Part shown: positions 45,924 to 55,537 of the stretch, one piece after another
Layout: each line of letters starts with the position of its first letter
Numbering within the stretch: the first letter of the stretch is position 1
NCBI GenBank assembly: GCA_963703345.1
Contig: OY969814.1
Span: forward strand, 1,376,001-1,440,000
Direction of reading: 5' to 3'
Source: an uncultured Chloroflexia bacterium
Lineage (GTDB): Bacteria > Chloroflexota > Dehalococcoidia > DSTF01 > JALHUB01
Length of the DNA: 64,000 nucleotides
Made by a program: the position numbers and the translations under genes
The notes under the pieces: generated by a model
Told to the model about the DNA's origin: nothing
Databases searched by the model: none
The model's input: only the letters and a program-made list of their open reading frames with translations

Positions 45924-47231
45924 CTACCGGTTGCCGTTGCCGTTGCCGTTTGAGGACGGAGGCGCCGGCAGGTCTTTCTTGACGCGTATCTTCTTGATCC
46001 GGCGCCCCAGCACCGAGAGCACCCACAATCGCAGGCCGTCCGACTGCACCTCGTCGCCGGCCAGCGGTATCCGCCCCAGCTCGTGGTAGACGAACCCGCC
46101 CACCGTGTCGAAGTCATCGCCCTCGATGTGCAGGCCCAGCAGCTCGTTGAGGTCGTCGATGCTCACCCGCGCGTCGACGATCACCTCCATGTCGTCGACC
46201 TTCTCCACCGTCGGCTCCTCGCGGTCGTACTCGTCCTCGATCTCGCCGACAATCTCCTCCAGCATATCCTCGATGGTGACGATGCCCGCCGTCCCGCCGT
46301 ACTCGTCGACGACGATTGCAATGTGGACGCGGTTCGCCCGCATGTCCGCCAGCAGCTCGCCGACGTGCTTCGACTCCGGCACGAAAAACGGCGGGCGCGC
46401 CAGCTCGCGCAGGTTGGCCTCGGAGCGGTCGTCGTCGCCGGCCGCCAGGTGCTTGATGATATCCTTGGCGTAGATGACGCCGACGACGTTGTCTATCGTC
46501 TCCTCGAACAGCGGCACGCGGCTGTAGCCCCGCTCCGTGATGACGCGGATGACGTCATCGAGCGTGTCCTCGACGTTGACCGCGACGACGTCGATGCGCG
46601 GCACCATGATCTCGTGCACGCTCGTCTCTTCCAGGTTGATGATGCCGCGGATCATCTCCCGCTCCGCCGGCTCGATTGGGCCTTCCTCCTGCTCGATCTC
46701 CATCAGGCGGAGGAGCTCGTCGCTCTCCAGCACGTCTTCAACGGCTTCCGAGGGGCGATTCAGCAGGCGCAGCAGGACGCGGTCCGGCAGCGTCGCCAGC
46801 CAGGCGGGAGCGGCGAAGGTCGCTCTGAGCGCGGCGGCCAGCGGCGACAGGCGCGGGCCCCAGCGGTCCGGCGCGACGATCACCAGGAGGCGCGAGACGG
46901 CCTCGAGCAGCGCCAGGACGAGCAGGCTGCCGGCGGCGACCAGCGCCAGGCCTGCCCAGGTGTGGCCGCTCTCGCCGAGGACGAGGAAGAGCGCCAATGC
47001 CACACCGGCGATGATTGCGAGGCTGCGCGCGATGTCGAGCGCTCCCAGCAGGCGGTGGCGTTCGCGGAGATAGGCTCGCAGCGCCTCGGCCCGCGGCTCC
47101 CCGCCGACGAGCATCGAGCGCGCGCGCGTGCGGCTTAACCAGACGGCGCCAGCTTCGGCGGCCGTCACCAGCGCGAGCAGAGCTACGTCGCCGAGCAGCA
47201 GGCCGAGCGCAATCCAACTGCCGCTACTCAC
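45924..47231 (-). CDS. Hemolysin/CorC family protein (CNNM TM domain, CBS pair, CorC_HlyC)
   Basis: IMVPR.D, SRVP, VPES, VVDEYGG..G.VT.ED..EEIVGEI.DE. Confidence 0.92.
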   Translation of the reverse strand: MSSGSWIALGLLLGDVALLALVTAAEAGAVWLSRTRARSMLVGGEPRAEALRAYLRERHRLLGALDIARSLAIIAGVALALFLVLGESGHTWAGLALVAAGSLLVLALLEAVSRLLVIVAPDRWGPRLSPLAAALRATFAAPAWLATLPDRVLLRLLNRPSEAVEDVLESDELLRLMEIEQEEGPIEPAEREMIRGIINLEETSVHEIMVPRIDVVAVNVEDTLDDVIRVITERGYSRVPLFEETIDNVVGVIYAKDIIKHLAAGDDDRSEANLRELARPPFFVPESKHVGELLADMRANRVHIAIVVDEYGGTAGIVTIEDMLEEIVGEIEDEYDREEPTVEKVDDMEVIVDARVSIDDLNELLGLHIEGDDFDTVGGFVYHELGRIPLAGDEVQSDGLRLWVLSVLGRRIKKIRVKKDLPAPPSSNGNGNGNR

Positions 47232-47361
47232 CGTCGTTCCGCTCCGGCGCCTCCTTGGCTTTGTTGTTGCGACGGCGCGCCCGTTCGCTTGCCGTCAGGA
47301 CCGCGAGGAGAACCAGCGTGCCGATCCACAGGGGCACGCATAGCCGGCCTTGCTTACTCAT
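47224..47361 (-). pseudogene. 45-aa ORF, probably the truncated 5' end of a paralogous hemolysin-family gene
   Basis: MSKQGRLCVPLWIGTLVLLAVLTASE versus [26 protein letters not shown] (10/26 identical, ungapped); ATG overlaps the glmU end. Confidence 0.5.
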
Positions 47362-48727
47362 TGCTCTTCTCCCGCTTGCGCCGTATCCGCGCCGGAACGC
47401 CGACTGCCAGCGCGTCGGGCGGCACATCGTGGTTAACGACGGAACCGGCGCCCGTCCTCGCCCTTTCGCCGACGGTCACGGGCGCGACGAGCATCGTGTC
47501 GCTGCCAATGAAGGCGCCGTCGCCGATGACCGTGCGGTGCTTGTTGACGCCGTCGAAGTTGCAGGTGATCGTTCCGGCGCCGATGTTGACGGCGTCACCC
47601 ACGTCCGCATCGCCGATGTAGCTGAAGTGGCCCATCTTCGTGCCTCGGCCCAGGCGCGAGTTCTTCACCTCGGCGAAGTTGCCGATGTGAACGCCCTGAC
47701 AGATGTGGGCGCCGCCACGAAGGTGGCTGAAGGGACCCACGCTTACCTCGTCCTCCAGCGTCGACTGCTCGACGACGGACGAGACGACGCGGCAGCGATG
47801 GCCAATCGTGGAATCGACGATGCGGCTGTCCGGCCCGATTACGCAGTCTTCGCCGACCGCGGTCTTTCCGAGAAGCGACGTGTTCGGCTGGAGAGTTGTG
47901 TCCGCGCCTATCGTCACGTCCGCGTCGATATAGGTGGTCGCCGGATCGACGATGGTGACGCCGGCGAGCATGTGGCGCTGCCGGATGCGCTCGCGGACGA
48001 CTGCCTCCGCCTGCGCGAGCTGGGCGCGGTCGTTGATGCCCAGCGCCTCGATCGGATCGGTGGCCGCCTCCGCGACTACCTTTGCGCCTGCGCTGGCGGC
48101 CATTTCGATGAGGTCGGTCAAGTAGTATTCACCGGCGGTGCTGCGCTCGATTCGCGACAGGCGAGGCCAGAGCCACTCGCCGCGGAAGCAGTAGACGCCG
48201 ACGTTCACCTCGTTGCCGGCCAGCGCCGATGCGGACGCATCCGCCTCTTCGACAATGGCGACAGGGCGGCCGGAAGGATCGCGGCGAAGTCGTCCCTGCC
48301 CGCGCGGCTCGTCGATGCAGGCGGTGAGGAAGGTCAGGTCCGCGTCCGCTTCGCGGTGAGTCGCGATGAGACTGGCGATGGTGTCCGCGGTCACGAGAGG
48401 AACGTCGGCGTTCAGGACGAGCACGTGTGCGGCGTCCTTAGCGGCCGCTTCCGCCTGCGCGACGGCGTGTCCCGTGCCGAGCTGCTCCGCTTGTCGAACG
48501 CACTGAACCTTGTCGTCCAGGATCGTCTGCACCTGCTCGGCGCCGTGCCCGACGACGACGACGAAGCGCGCGTGCCGACTGGTCGACTCGAAGGCGTCGC
48601 GGGCGGTCTGCAGCACGTGTAGGAGCATCGGCCGGCCGGCGATCTCGTGGAGCGCCTTCGGTTTCTTCGAGCGCATCCGCTTGCCGAGCCCGGCCGCGAG
48701 GACTATCGCCGTCCAGCTATCTTGCAT
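47354..48727 (-). CDS. glmU: Bifunctional UDP-GlcNAc pyrophosphorylase/acetyltransferase
   Basis: LAAG.G.RM.S..PK.LH, GTGHAV, EYYLTD, hexapeptide repeats, GNF.E.K. Confidence 0.97.
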   Translation of the reverse strand: MQDSWTAIVLAAGLGKRMRSKKPKALHEIAGRPMLLHVLQTARDAFESTSRHARFVVVVGHGAEQVQTILDDKVQCVRQAEQLGTGHAVAQAEAAAKDAAHVLVLNADVPLVTADTIASLIATHREADADLTFLTACIDEPRGQGRLRRDPSGRPVAIVEEADASASALAGNEVNVGVYCFRGEWLWPRLSRIERSTAGEYYLTDLIEMAASAGAKVVAEAATDPIEALGINDRAQLAQAEAVVRERIRQRHMLAGVTIVDPATTYIDADVTIGADTTLQPNTSLLGKTAVGEDCVIGPDSRIVDSTIGHRCRVVSSVVEQSTLEDEVSVGPFSHLRGGAHICQGVHIGNFAEVKNSRLGRGTKMGHFSYIGDADVGDAVNIGAGTITCNFDGVNKHRTVIGDGAFIGSDTMLVAPVTVGERARTGAGSVVNHDVPPDALAVGVPARIRRKREKSNE

Positions 48728-48753
48728 TGCAGGCCTGCCCGCCTCGGAGGGTC

Positions 48754-48779
48754 AACAAAAAGCGGCCGCGGCCACCGCT
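48754..48779 (-). terminator. Intrinsic terminator-like hairpin in the glmU leader
   Basis: AGCGGU-GGCCGCG-GCCGCU followed by UUUUGUU, ending about 26 nt before the ATG. Confidence 0.55.
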
Positions 48780-48913
48780 CGCGCGATGCGCCGTTCGGCC
48801 GACATAGCTGCGCTGAGGGGAAGCGCCAGCTTCGCGTTTATCGCTATAGTCGCTATCGTCTAAAGGGTCGTCTTGTTTCACCGGTGGGTCAAAACCCCCG
48901 TTTCCACCTACGA

Positions 48914-48943
48914 ATAGTATCGGCGGCCGTCCGGCGCTGTCAA
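48914..48943 (-). promoter_or_regulatory. Putative promoter of the glmU leader
   Basis: TTGACA-18 bp-TACTAT. Confidence 0.65.
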
Positions 48944-49077
48944 GAGCCGCGCTCGGGGTGTTGGGTGCGAACGCGCTCCGGGGAGCCAGAAGCAAAGCCT
49001 CAGACACGCGCTCGACGTGTTCGGTGCAAATCCCCCGTCGTGACGCGCAACCCTCGTTCTGCTAGACTTGTCTCTCG

Positions 49078-51960
49078 ATGAACAGCGACCAGATAAGAAA
49101 ACGCTTCCTCGACTTCTTCCAGGCGCGCGGCCACCGGATCATACCCAGCTCGCCACTGGTGCCGCACGGCGACCCGACGCTCCTCTTCACCAGCGCCGGC
49201 ATGGTCCAGTTCAAGCCCTACTTCATGGGCAAGGAGAAACCGCCGGCGCCGCGCATGGCATCCGTCCAGAAGTGCTTTCGCACGAGCGACATCGACGAAG
49301 TGGGCGACGACACGCACCTCACCTTCTTCGAGATGCTGGGCAACTTCAGCGTCGGCGACTACCTCAAGAAAGAGGCCATCGAGTGGGCCTGGGAGCTGTT
49401 GACGGACCCGAAGGAGCAGATCGCCCTGCCGAAGGAATGCCTGTGGGTGAGCGTCTACCTCGACGACGATGAGGCGTACGGCTACTGGCGTGGCCTCGGC
49501 GTCCCGGAAGAGCGCATCATGCGCTACGCCGAAGAGGAGAACTACTGGTTCTCCGGCGACATCGGCCCCTGCGGCCCCTGCTCCGAGATCCACTACGACT
49601 TCGCGCCCGACTTCGGCCCGACGCCCGGCTGCCCGGAGTGCGAGAAGGGTACGTGCCATCCGGCGGTCGACTGCGGCCGCTTCACCGAGCTGTGGAACCT
49701 CGTCTTCACGATGTACTTCCGGAACGAGGACGGCTCCCGCAGCGACCTGCCGCAGAAGAACATCGATACCGGCGCCGGCCTGGAGCGCTGGGCCAGCGTC
49801 TTGAATGACAAGCGCAACGTGTATGACACGGACCTCTTCCGCCCAATAATCAAGCGAATCGAAGACCGCACGTCCTGCCAATACGATGGGGGAGATGAAC
49901 CGACAAGACGAGCCATGCGAATCATCGCGGAACATACCAGAGCGGCCGCCTTCCTGATCGCCGATGGGGTCATGCCAAGCAATGAGGGAAGGGGCTACGT
50001 CCTGCGACGTGTTCTGAGACGCGCCATCTATTTTGCTCATCGTTTCACGGAAGTTCGCATGATGCACATCGTCGCCGAAGAGATAATCGAGAAGATGTGG
50101 CGGCGGTATGAACAGCTCAAAGAGCAGGCCTCGTTGATATGCGAAGTCGTGGCTGCTGAAGAGGAGAGGTTTGTGCGCACGATGGGGCGGGGAGAGAGCG
50201 CCATCGAGGCGATTGCCCAGCATGGTCAAGCGTTGTCGGCGTATCTCAAGAGACGGGACGCTGGAAGATGGGCAGCTCGTGCGATTCCGTTGCGGGAGCT
50301 GTCATTCTCGTCGAACTGGATCCCCGAGAATCTGAAAGCGGCGGTGCTAAAGCCATACGAAGGCTTGGTTGGCCAGCAACATTGGGGCGCTGACGAGGCT
50401 TCGATACAAGCTGCTGCCGAACTCCCCATGGCCATTACCGGCGAGGCCGAATTCATCCTCTGGGACACCTACGGCTATCCTAAAGAGCTAACTGAGGAGG
50501 TCGCGAAGCGTCACGGCCTCGAAGTGAGCGAGACCGCTGATGCGGAATTCGAGCGGCTTATGGAGGAGCAGCGGGAGCGCGCCCGCGCCGCCGGACGCTT
50601 CCGACTCAGCGAGGCGGAGTCGGCGGAGGCTTACGCCGCGCTCTCCCACCTGCAGCCACGCTTCACCGGCTACGACACGCTCTCCCAGCAGACCAGCGTC
50701 GCCGGCATCATTTCGGGAGGCGCCGCCGTGGAGTCCGTTGAGGCGGGCGAGGAAGCGGAGATCGTCCTCTTCGAGACGTCGTTCTACGCCGAGCAGGGCG
50801 GCCAGGTCGGCGACACCGGCGAGATCGTTGCGTCAAGCGGCCGCTTCCGCGTCGAGGACACGCAGCGCACCGAGGGCAGCCTCACTCTCCATCGCGGCCG
50901 CGTGGTTGAAGGGTGCATCGCCGTCAACGACGACGCCATCGCTCAAGTGGACGCCGGCCGCCGCTGGGACATCATGCGCAACCACACGGCGACGCACCTG
51001 CTGCACGCCGCCCTGCGTCGCGTGCTGGGGCCGCACGCTCGCCAGGCGGGCTCGCTCGTCGCGCCGGACCGCCTGCGATTCGACTTCACGCACGTGGAGG
51101 CGCTGAAGCCGGACGAGCTTTCCCGAGTGGAGCGCCTGGTCAACGAGAAGATACGCGAGAACCTGCCGGTCCGGACGCAGCGCCAGAGCTACGAAGAGGC
51201 GACGGCCGGCGGCGCGACGGCGCTGTTCGACGAGAAATACGCCGCCGAGGTGCGCGTCGTCGAGGTCACCGAAGATAGCGAGCGCTACAGCGCGGAGCTT
51301 TGCGGCGGCACGCATGTCCATGCGACCGGCGACATCGGCCAGTTCGTTATAGTCGGCGAAGAGAGCATCGGCGCCGGATTGCGGCGCATCGAAGCGCTGA
51401 CCGGCCGCGGCGCCGAGGAGCACGTCCGCGATCGCCTGGCCACCCTCCAGCGGCTTCGCGACCGCCTGAGCGTCACCGGCGACGACCGGGAGCTGACGGG
51501 TCGCGTGGAAGCGCTGCTGCAGGAAATGGAATCGCTGAAGCGGCGCGTGCAGGCGCTGGAACGGGAGATAGGACGCAATCGCGCCGAATCGCTGCTGGCG
51601 GAGGCCGAGCATGTCGACGGGCGGGCGCTGCTGTCGGCGCGCGTGCCCGGGAGCAGCCCGGAAGCGCTGCGGGAGATGGGCGACTGGCTCCGCGAGCGCT
51701 TGGGGAGCGGCGTCATCGTCCTCGGCACCGTCGTAGAAGGCCGGCCCAACCTACTGGCGATGGTCACACCCGACCTCACGGCGCGCGGCGTCAATGCTGG
51801 CGAGCTTGTCAAGAGAGCGGCGGAGGTCACCGGCGGCGGCGGCGGCGGCAGGCCGGAGATGGCGCAGGCGGGTGGTCGTGACGCCAGCCGGCTCGATGAA
51901 GCGCTGCGCCTCGCGAAGGAGCTGGCCGCGGACAAGATGAGAGGGCTCAAGGACTCGTAA
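49078..51960 (+). CDS. alaS: Alanine--tRNA ligase with an internal insertion
   Basis: LLFTSAGM.QFK, FEMLGNFS, IDTGAGLER, HTATHLLH, ELCGGTH, GGGGG.P..AQ.G. Confidence 0.98.
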   Translation: MNSDQIRKRFLDFFQARGHRIIPSSPLVPHGDPTLLFTSAGMVQFKPYFMGKEKPPAPRMASVQKCFRTSDIDEVGDDTHLTFFEMLGNFSVGDYLKKEAIEWAWELLTDPKEQIALPKECLWVSVYLDDDEAYGYWRGLGVPEERIMRYAEEENYWFSGDIGPCGPCSEIHYDFAPDFGPTPGCPECEKGTCHPAVDCGRFTELWNLVFTMYFRNEDGSRSDLPQKNIDTGAGLERWASVLNDKRNVYDTDLFRPIIKRIEDRTSCQYDGGDEPTRRAMRIIAEHTRAAAFLIADGVMPSNEGRGYVLRRVLRRAIYFAHRFTEVRMMHIVAEEIIEKMWRRYEQLKEQASLICEVVAAEEERFVRTMGRGESAIEAIAQHGQALSAYLKRRDAGRWAARAIPLRELSFSSNWIPENLKAAVLKPYEGLVGQQHWGADEASIQAAAELPMAITGEAEFILWDTYGYPKELTEEVAKRHGLEVSETADAEFERLMEEQRERARAAGRFRLSEAESAEAYAALSHLQPRFTGYDTLSQQTSVAGIISGGAAVESVEAGEEAEIVLFETSFYAEQGGQVGDTGEIVASSGRFRVEDTQRTEGSLTLHRGRVVEGCIAVNDDAIAQVDAGRRWDIMRNHTATHLLHAALRRVLGPHARQAGSLVAPDRLRFDFTHVEALKPDELSRVERLVNEKIRENLPVRTQRQSYEEATAGGATALFDEKYAAEVRVVEVTEDSERYSAELCGGTHVHATGDIGQFVIVGEESIGAGLRRIEALTGRGAEEHVRDRLATLQRLRDRLSVTGDDRELTGRVEALLQEMESLKRRVQALEREIGRNRAESLLAEAEHVDGRALLSARVPGSSPEALREMGDWLRERLGSGVIVLGTVVEGRPNLLAMVTPDLTARGVNAGELVKRAAEVTGGGGGGRPEMAQAGGRDASRLDEALRLAKELAADKMRGLKDS

Positions 51961-51961
51961 T

Positions 51962-52402
51962 TTGCGTTTTCTCGGGCTGGACGTTGGCGAGAGGCGCATC
52001 GGCGTCGCGATAAGCGATCCCAACGGCCAGGTCGCGGTGCCTCTGCGGACGCTCCAGGCGAGGACGCAGGAGGCAGCCGTCAGGGAGATCGCGGCGCTCG
52101 TGGCCGAGGAAGGCGTCGAAGCCGTCGTCGTGGGCCTGCCGCTGCGGCTCGACGGCGGCGTGGGCGAGCAGGCGGAGAGCGTGCAGCAGTTCGTGCGATT
52201 GCTGCTGCCTGCGGTCAACGTGCCGGTGACACTCTGGGACGAAAGGCTTTCGACGGTGCAGGCGGAGCAGCTACTGCGGCGCGAGAGCCGCTCCAGGCCC
52301 GGCGGCAGGCGTGCCCCTCGAAAGAACGAAGCGGAAAAGGACGCCCTGGCGGCCGCGATAATCCTCCAGGGCTATCTCGATAGCCGGCCGGCCGGAGAAT
52401 AG
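51962..52402 (+). CDS. ruvX: Holliday junction resolvase-like / pre-16S rRNA nuclease YqgF
   Basis: LGLDVG..RIGVA.SD, VVGLP, DERLST, D..AA..ILQ. Confidence 0.94.
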   Translation: MRFLGLDVGERRIGVAISDPNGQVAVPLRTLQARTQEAAVREIAALVAEEGVEAVVVGLPLRLDGGVGEQAESVQQFVRLLLPAVNVPVTLWDERLSTVQAEQLLRRESRSRPGGRRAPRKNEAEKDALAAAIILQGYLDSRPAGE

Positions 52403-52412
52403 GATAGGCGAA

Positions 52413-53468
52413 TTGTCGAAGCTGGCGCCCGCGGCGGCTGTTGCGCTGGCCATCGCGACGATAGCCGTCGTCGCCTGGGCAATCTGGATTATGCCCGGCG
52501 GCATCCTCACCAGCGAGCCGTCCGCCGCCCTGGGTCCGACGCCCGCCTCCGGCGTCGCTACCGTTACAATCGAAAACGGCGAAGCGGCGGGCAAGATAGG
52601 TCAGGACCTCCAAGGCGCCGGCGTCATTCAGAGCGCGACTCTCTTCCGCGTGCTTGTCGCGCTGATGGGGCTGGAGGACCAGCTCCAGGCCGGCGAATAC
52701 GAGTTCGACAAAGGGATGACGACGCTGGCGGCGATCGACCGCATCCACAATGGCATCACTGCGCCGCTGATGGTGACCGTCCCCGAAGGGCTGCGCGTCG
52801 AAGAGATCGCCGCCCTGCTGGACGCCAAAGGGGTCGTGCCGAAGGACGACTTCATGAACGCGGTCGCGGCCCGTCGCGCCGAAGCAGTCGTCGCCGGCGA
52901 CACGAGCGGCACCCTCGACGGCTACCTCTTTCCGGCGACCTACGGCTTCTCGCGCTCGGTCACGGCGGACAAAGCCGTCCAGCAGCTGCTAGACGCGTTC
53001 AACGAGCAGGTCCTGCCGGAGGTGCAGCCGCAACTGGCGAGCGTCGGCCTCACCCTCGACCAGGTGCTCACCCTCGCCTCAATCGTCGAGCGCGAGGCGG
53101 TCAAGCCGGAAGAGCGGCCGCTGATCGCCAGCGTCTTCATCAACCGGCTGAACATAGACATGCCGCTCGAGGCGGACCCCACCGTGCAATATGCCCTCGC
53201 TGACGACCCGCAGAACGTGGCGGCCTATGGCTACTGGAAAACGCAGCTCTCCGCCGACGATCTGAAGGTCGACTCGCCCTATAACACCTACGTGAACAAA
53301 GGCCTGCCGCCGGGACCTATCGCCTGCCCGGGACTCGACTCGATTCGAGCGGTGCTGCACCCGGCCCAGACGAACTATCTCTACTTCGTCGCCAAGAACG
53401 ACGGCAGCCACGTCTTCGCCGAGACGCTGGAAGAGCATCTTCGCAACGTGCAGCTCTATCAGCGCTAG
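52413..53468 (+). CDS. mltG: Endolytic transglycosylase
   Basis: VPEG, GYLFP.TY, ASIVE.E, DPTV.Y, SPYNTY...GLPPGPI. Confidence 0.94.
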   Translation: MSKLAPAAAVALAIATIAVVAWAIWIMPGGILTSEPSAALGPTPASGVATVTIENGEAAGKIGQDLQGAGVIQSATLFRVLVALMGLEDQLQAGEYEFDKGMTTLAAIDRIHNGITAPLMVTVPEGLRVEEIAALLDAKGVVPKDDFMNAVAARRAEAVVAGDTSGTLDGYLFPATYGFSRSVTADKAVQQLLDAFNEQVLPEVQPQLASVGLTLDQVLTLASIVEREAVKPEERPLIASVFINRLNIDMPLEADPTVQYALADDPQNVAAYGYWKTQLSADDLKVDSPYNTYVNKGLPPGPIACPGLDSIRAVLHPAQTNYLYFVAKNDGSHVFAETLEEHLRNVQLYQR

Positions 53469-53487
53469 CGGTCCGAAAGCGAGAGAA

Positions 53488-54345
53488 ATGAAACGCGTTG
53501 GCCTCATCGGCTATCCCGTCGCGCATTCGCTGTCGCCGCTCATCCAGAACGTCGCCTTCGCCCACCATCACCGCGAGGAGCGCTATGAGCTGTGGGAGAC
53601 GGCGGCTTCTGAGCTCGAGGCGCGTGTCCGCAGCCTGCGCTCGCCCGACGCGCTCGGTGCGAACGTGACGGTGCCCTACAAGCAAGCTGTTATACCTTAC
53701 CTCGACCGGCTGGACGCGCTGGCAGAGCAGACCGGCGCCGTCAACACCATCGTCAACGAGGGCGGGCGCCTTGCCGGCTACAACACCGACGTCGCCGGCT
53801 TCCAGCGGGCGCTGGAAGCGACGGGCTTCTCGCCGGCGGGGCAGCCCGTCGCGCTGCTCGGCGCCGGAGGCGCGGCGCGGGCGGTGGGACTAGCGCTTGT
53901 GCGCTCCCACGCGGCCTCCATCGACCTCTGCGACGTCGATGCCGCGCGCGCCCAGACGCTGGCGGCGCACCTTCGCTCGCTGGCATCGGGCGGGACCGAC
54001 GTTCGCGCGCACGAGCCGTCGGATGCCTCTTTTCGAGAAGCGGTCGCGAAGTCTCTCCTTCTGGTAAACTGTACCCCCGTAGGCACGCGCCACAGCGAGC
54101 TCGAAGGGCAGGCGCCGGTCGATCGCGCGGGGATCCCGCCCGGCGCGCTCGTGTTCGACCTGGTGTATAATCCGCCGTTGACGCCGCTTCTGGCCGTATC
54201 TCAAGCGCGCGGCGCCCGCACGGTGAGCGGCCTGATGATGCTGGTCTATCAGGCGGCAGCGTCGTTCAAGCTGTGGACGGGGCTGGACGCGCCGGTGAAC
54301 GAGATGCTGGCGGCGGCCGAGCAAGCGCTGAACGAATTGACATAA
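53488..54345 (+). CDS. aroE: Shikimate dehydrogenase
   Basis: HSLSP, NVTVPYK, AVNT, NTD, GAGGAA, DLVYNP. Confidence 0.95.
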   Translation: MKRVGLIGYPVAHSLSPLIQNVAFAHHHREERYELWETAASELEARVRSLRSPDALGANVTVPYKQAVIPYLDRLDALAEQTGAVNTIVNEGGRLAGYNTDVAGFQRALEATGFSPAGQPVALLGAGGAARAVGLALVRSHAASIDLCDVDAARAQTLAAHLRSLASGGTDVRAHEPSDASFREAVAKSLLLVNCTPVGTRHSELEGQAPVDRAGIPPGALVFDLVYNPPLTPLLAVSQARGARTVSGLMMLVYQAAASFKLWTGLDAPVNEMLAAAEQALNELT

Positions 54346-54365
54346 CATCGGCGAAGGAGAGGGAT

Positions 54366-55535
54366 TTGACGCTTCGCTTTCTGACGGCAGGCGAGTCGCA
54401 CGGCAAGGCGCTTACGGCCATCGTCGAGGGCATTCCCGCCGGGCTCGCCCTGTCCGAGGAGTACATCGCCTGCGACCTGAAGCGTCGCCAGGGTGGTTAC
54501 GGACGCGGCGGCCGCCAGAAGATCGAGAGCGACCGCGCGGAGATCGCCTCCGGCGTCCGCCACGGCCTGACGCTCGGCAGCCCCATCACCCTCGTCATCG
54601 CCAATCGCGACTGGGAGAACTGGCGCGACGTCATGGGCGTCGAAGCATCTGAGACGGCGGTCGAAAAAGTGACACGCCTGCGGCCGGGCCATGCCGACCT
54701 CGCGGGCGCCATGAAATACGCCCAGGACGACGTGCGCAACATTCTCGAACGGGCGAGCGCGCGCGAAACGGCGGCGCGAGTGGCAATTGGCGCCGTGGCG
54801 AGGCGTTTTCTCGAAGAGTTCGAGGTCGCCATTGATAGCCACACCGTCGCCATCGGTGGCGTCCAAGCCCGTCCCATCGACGAGCCGGACTGGCAGGCGG
54901 TCGAAGAGTCGCCGTTGCGCTGCGCCGACGCGGAGGCCGGGCAGCGCATGGTCGCCGCCGTCGATGCCGCCCGCACCGAAGGCGACAGCCTGGGCGGCGT
55001 CACGGAAGTCCGCGCCAGCGGCGTTCCGATAGGCCTGGGGAGCCACGTGCACTGGGACCGGCGGCTGACCGGTTTGCTGGCCCAGGCCGTCATGAGCATT
55101 CCTTCCGTCAAGGGCGTCGAGCTGGGCGACGGCTTCGGCGGGGCGCGAATGCGCGGTTCGGAGTCGCAGGACGTCATTCTGCCGAAGGGCGAATGGGCCG
55201 GCCGTCCATGGCGACGGGTCTCCAACCACGCCGGCGGCCTGGAGGGCGGCATGACGAACGGCGAGCCGCTAATCGTCCGCGCGGCGCTGAAGCCGATCTC
55301 CACGCTCGCACGGCGGCTTCCCTCTGCCGACCTGTCGACCGGCGAGGCCGTGGAAGCCCACTATGAGCGCTCGGACGTCTGCATCGTGCCGGTCGCCGGT
55401 GTTATCGCCGAGGCCATGGTCGCCATCGTCCTGGCCGCCGCGATGCTGGAGAAGTTCGGCGGCGACCACATGAGCGAGACGCTCCGCAACTATCGCGCCT
55501 ACGTCGAGACCATCGGTCCGCACCCTTCGAGCTGA
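54366..55535 (+). CDS. aroC: Chorismate synthase
   Basis: TAGESHG, RPGHAD, ERASARETA, GG.EGG.TNG, RSD.C; TTG start after AAGGAG. Confidence 0.96.
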   Translation: MTLRFLTAGESHGKALTAIVEGIPAGLALSEEYIACDLKRRQGGYGRGGRQKIESDRAEIASGVRHGLTLGSPITLVIANRDWENWRDVMGVEASETAVEKVTRLRPGHADLAGAMKYAQDDVRNILERASARETAARVAIGAVARRFLEEFEVAIDSHTVAIGGVQARPIDEPDWQAVEESPLRCADAEAGQRMVAAVDAARTEGDSLGGVTEVRASGVPIGLGSHVHWDRRLTGLLAQAVMSIPSVKGVELGDGFGGARMRGSESQDVILPKGEWAGRPWRRVSNHAGGLEGGMTNGEPLIVRAALKPISTLARRLPSADLSTGEAVEAHYERSDVCIVPVAGVIAEAMVAIVLAAAMLEKFGGDHMSETLRNYRAYVETIGPHPSS

Positions 55536-55537
55536 TC

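Noticed and set aside
48760-48910. glmS ribozyme or tmRNA in the glmU leader
   Set aside because: AGCGCCAG is on the wrong strand and the rest of the glmS core is absent. There is no tRNA-like 3' end or tag ending in AA-stop for tmRNA.
50190-50440. Intein in alaS
   Set aside because: No N-terminal Cys/Ser block, no His-Asn C-terminus, and too short.
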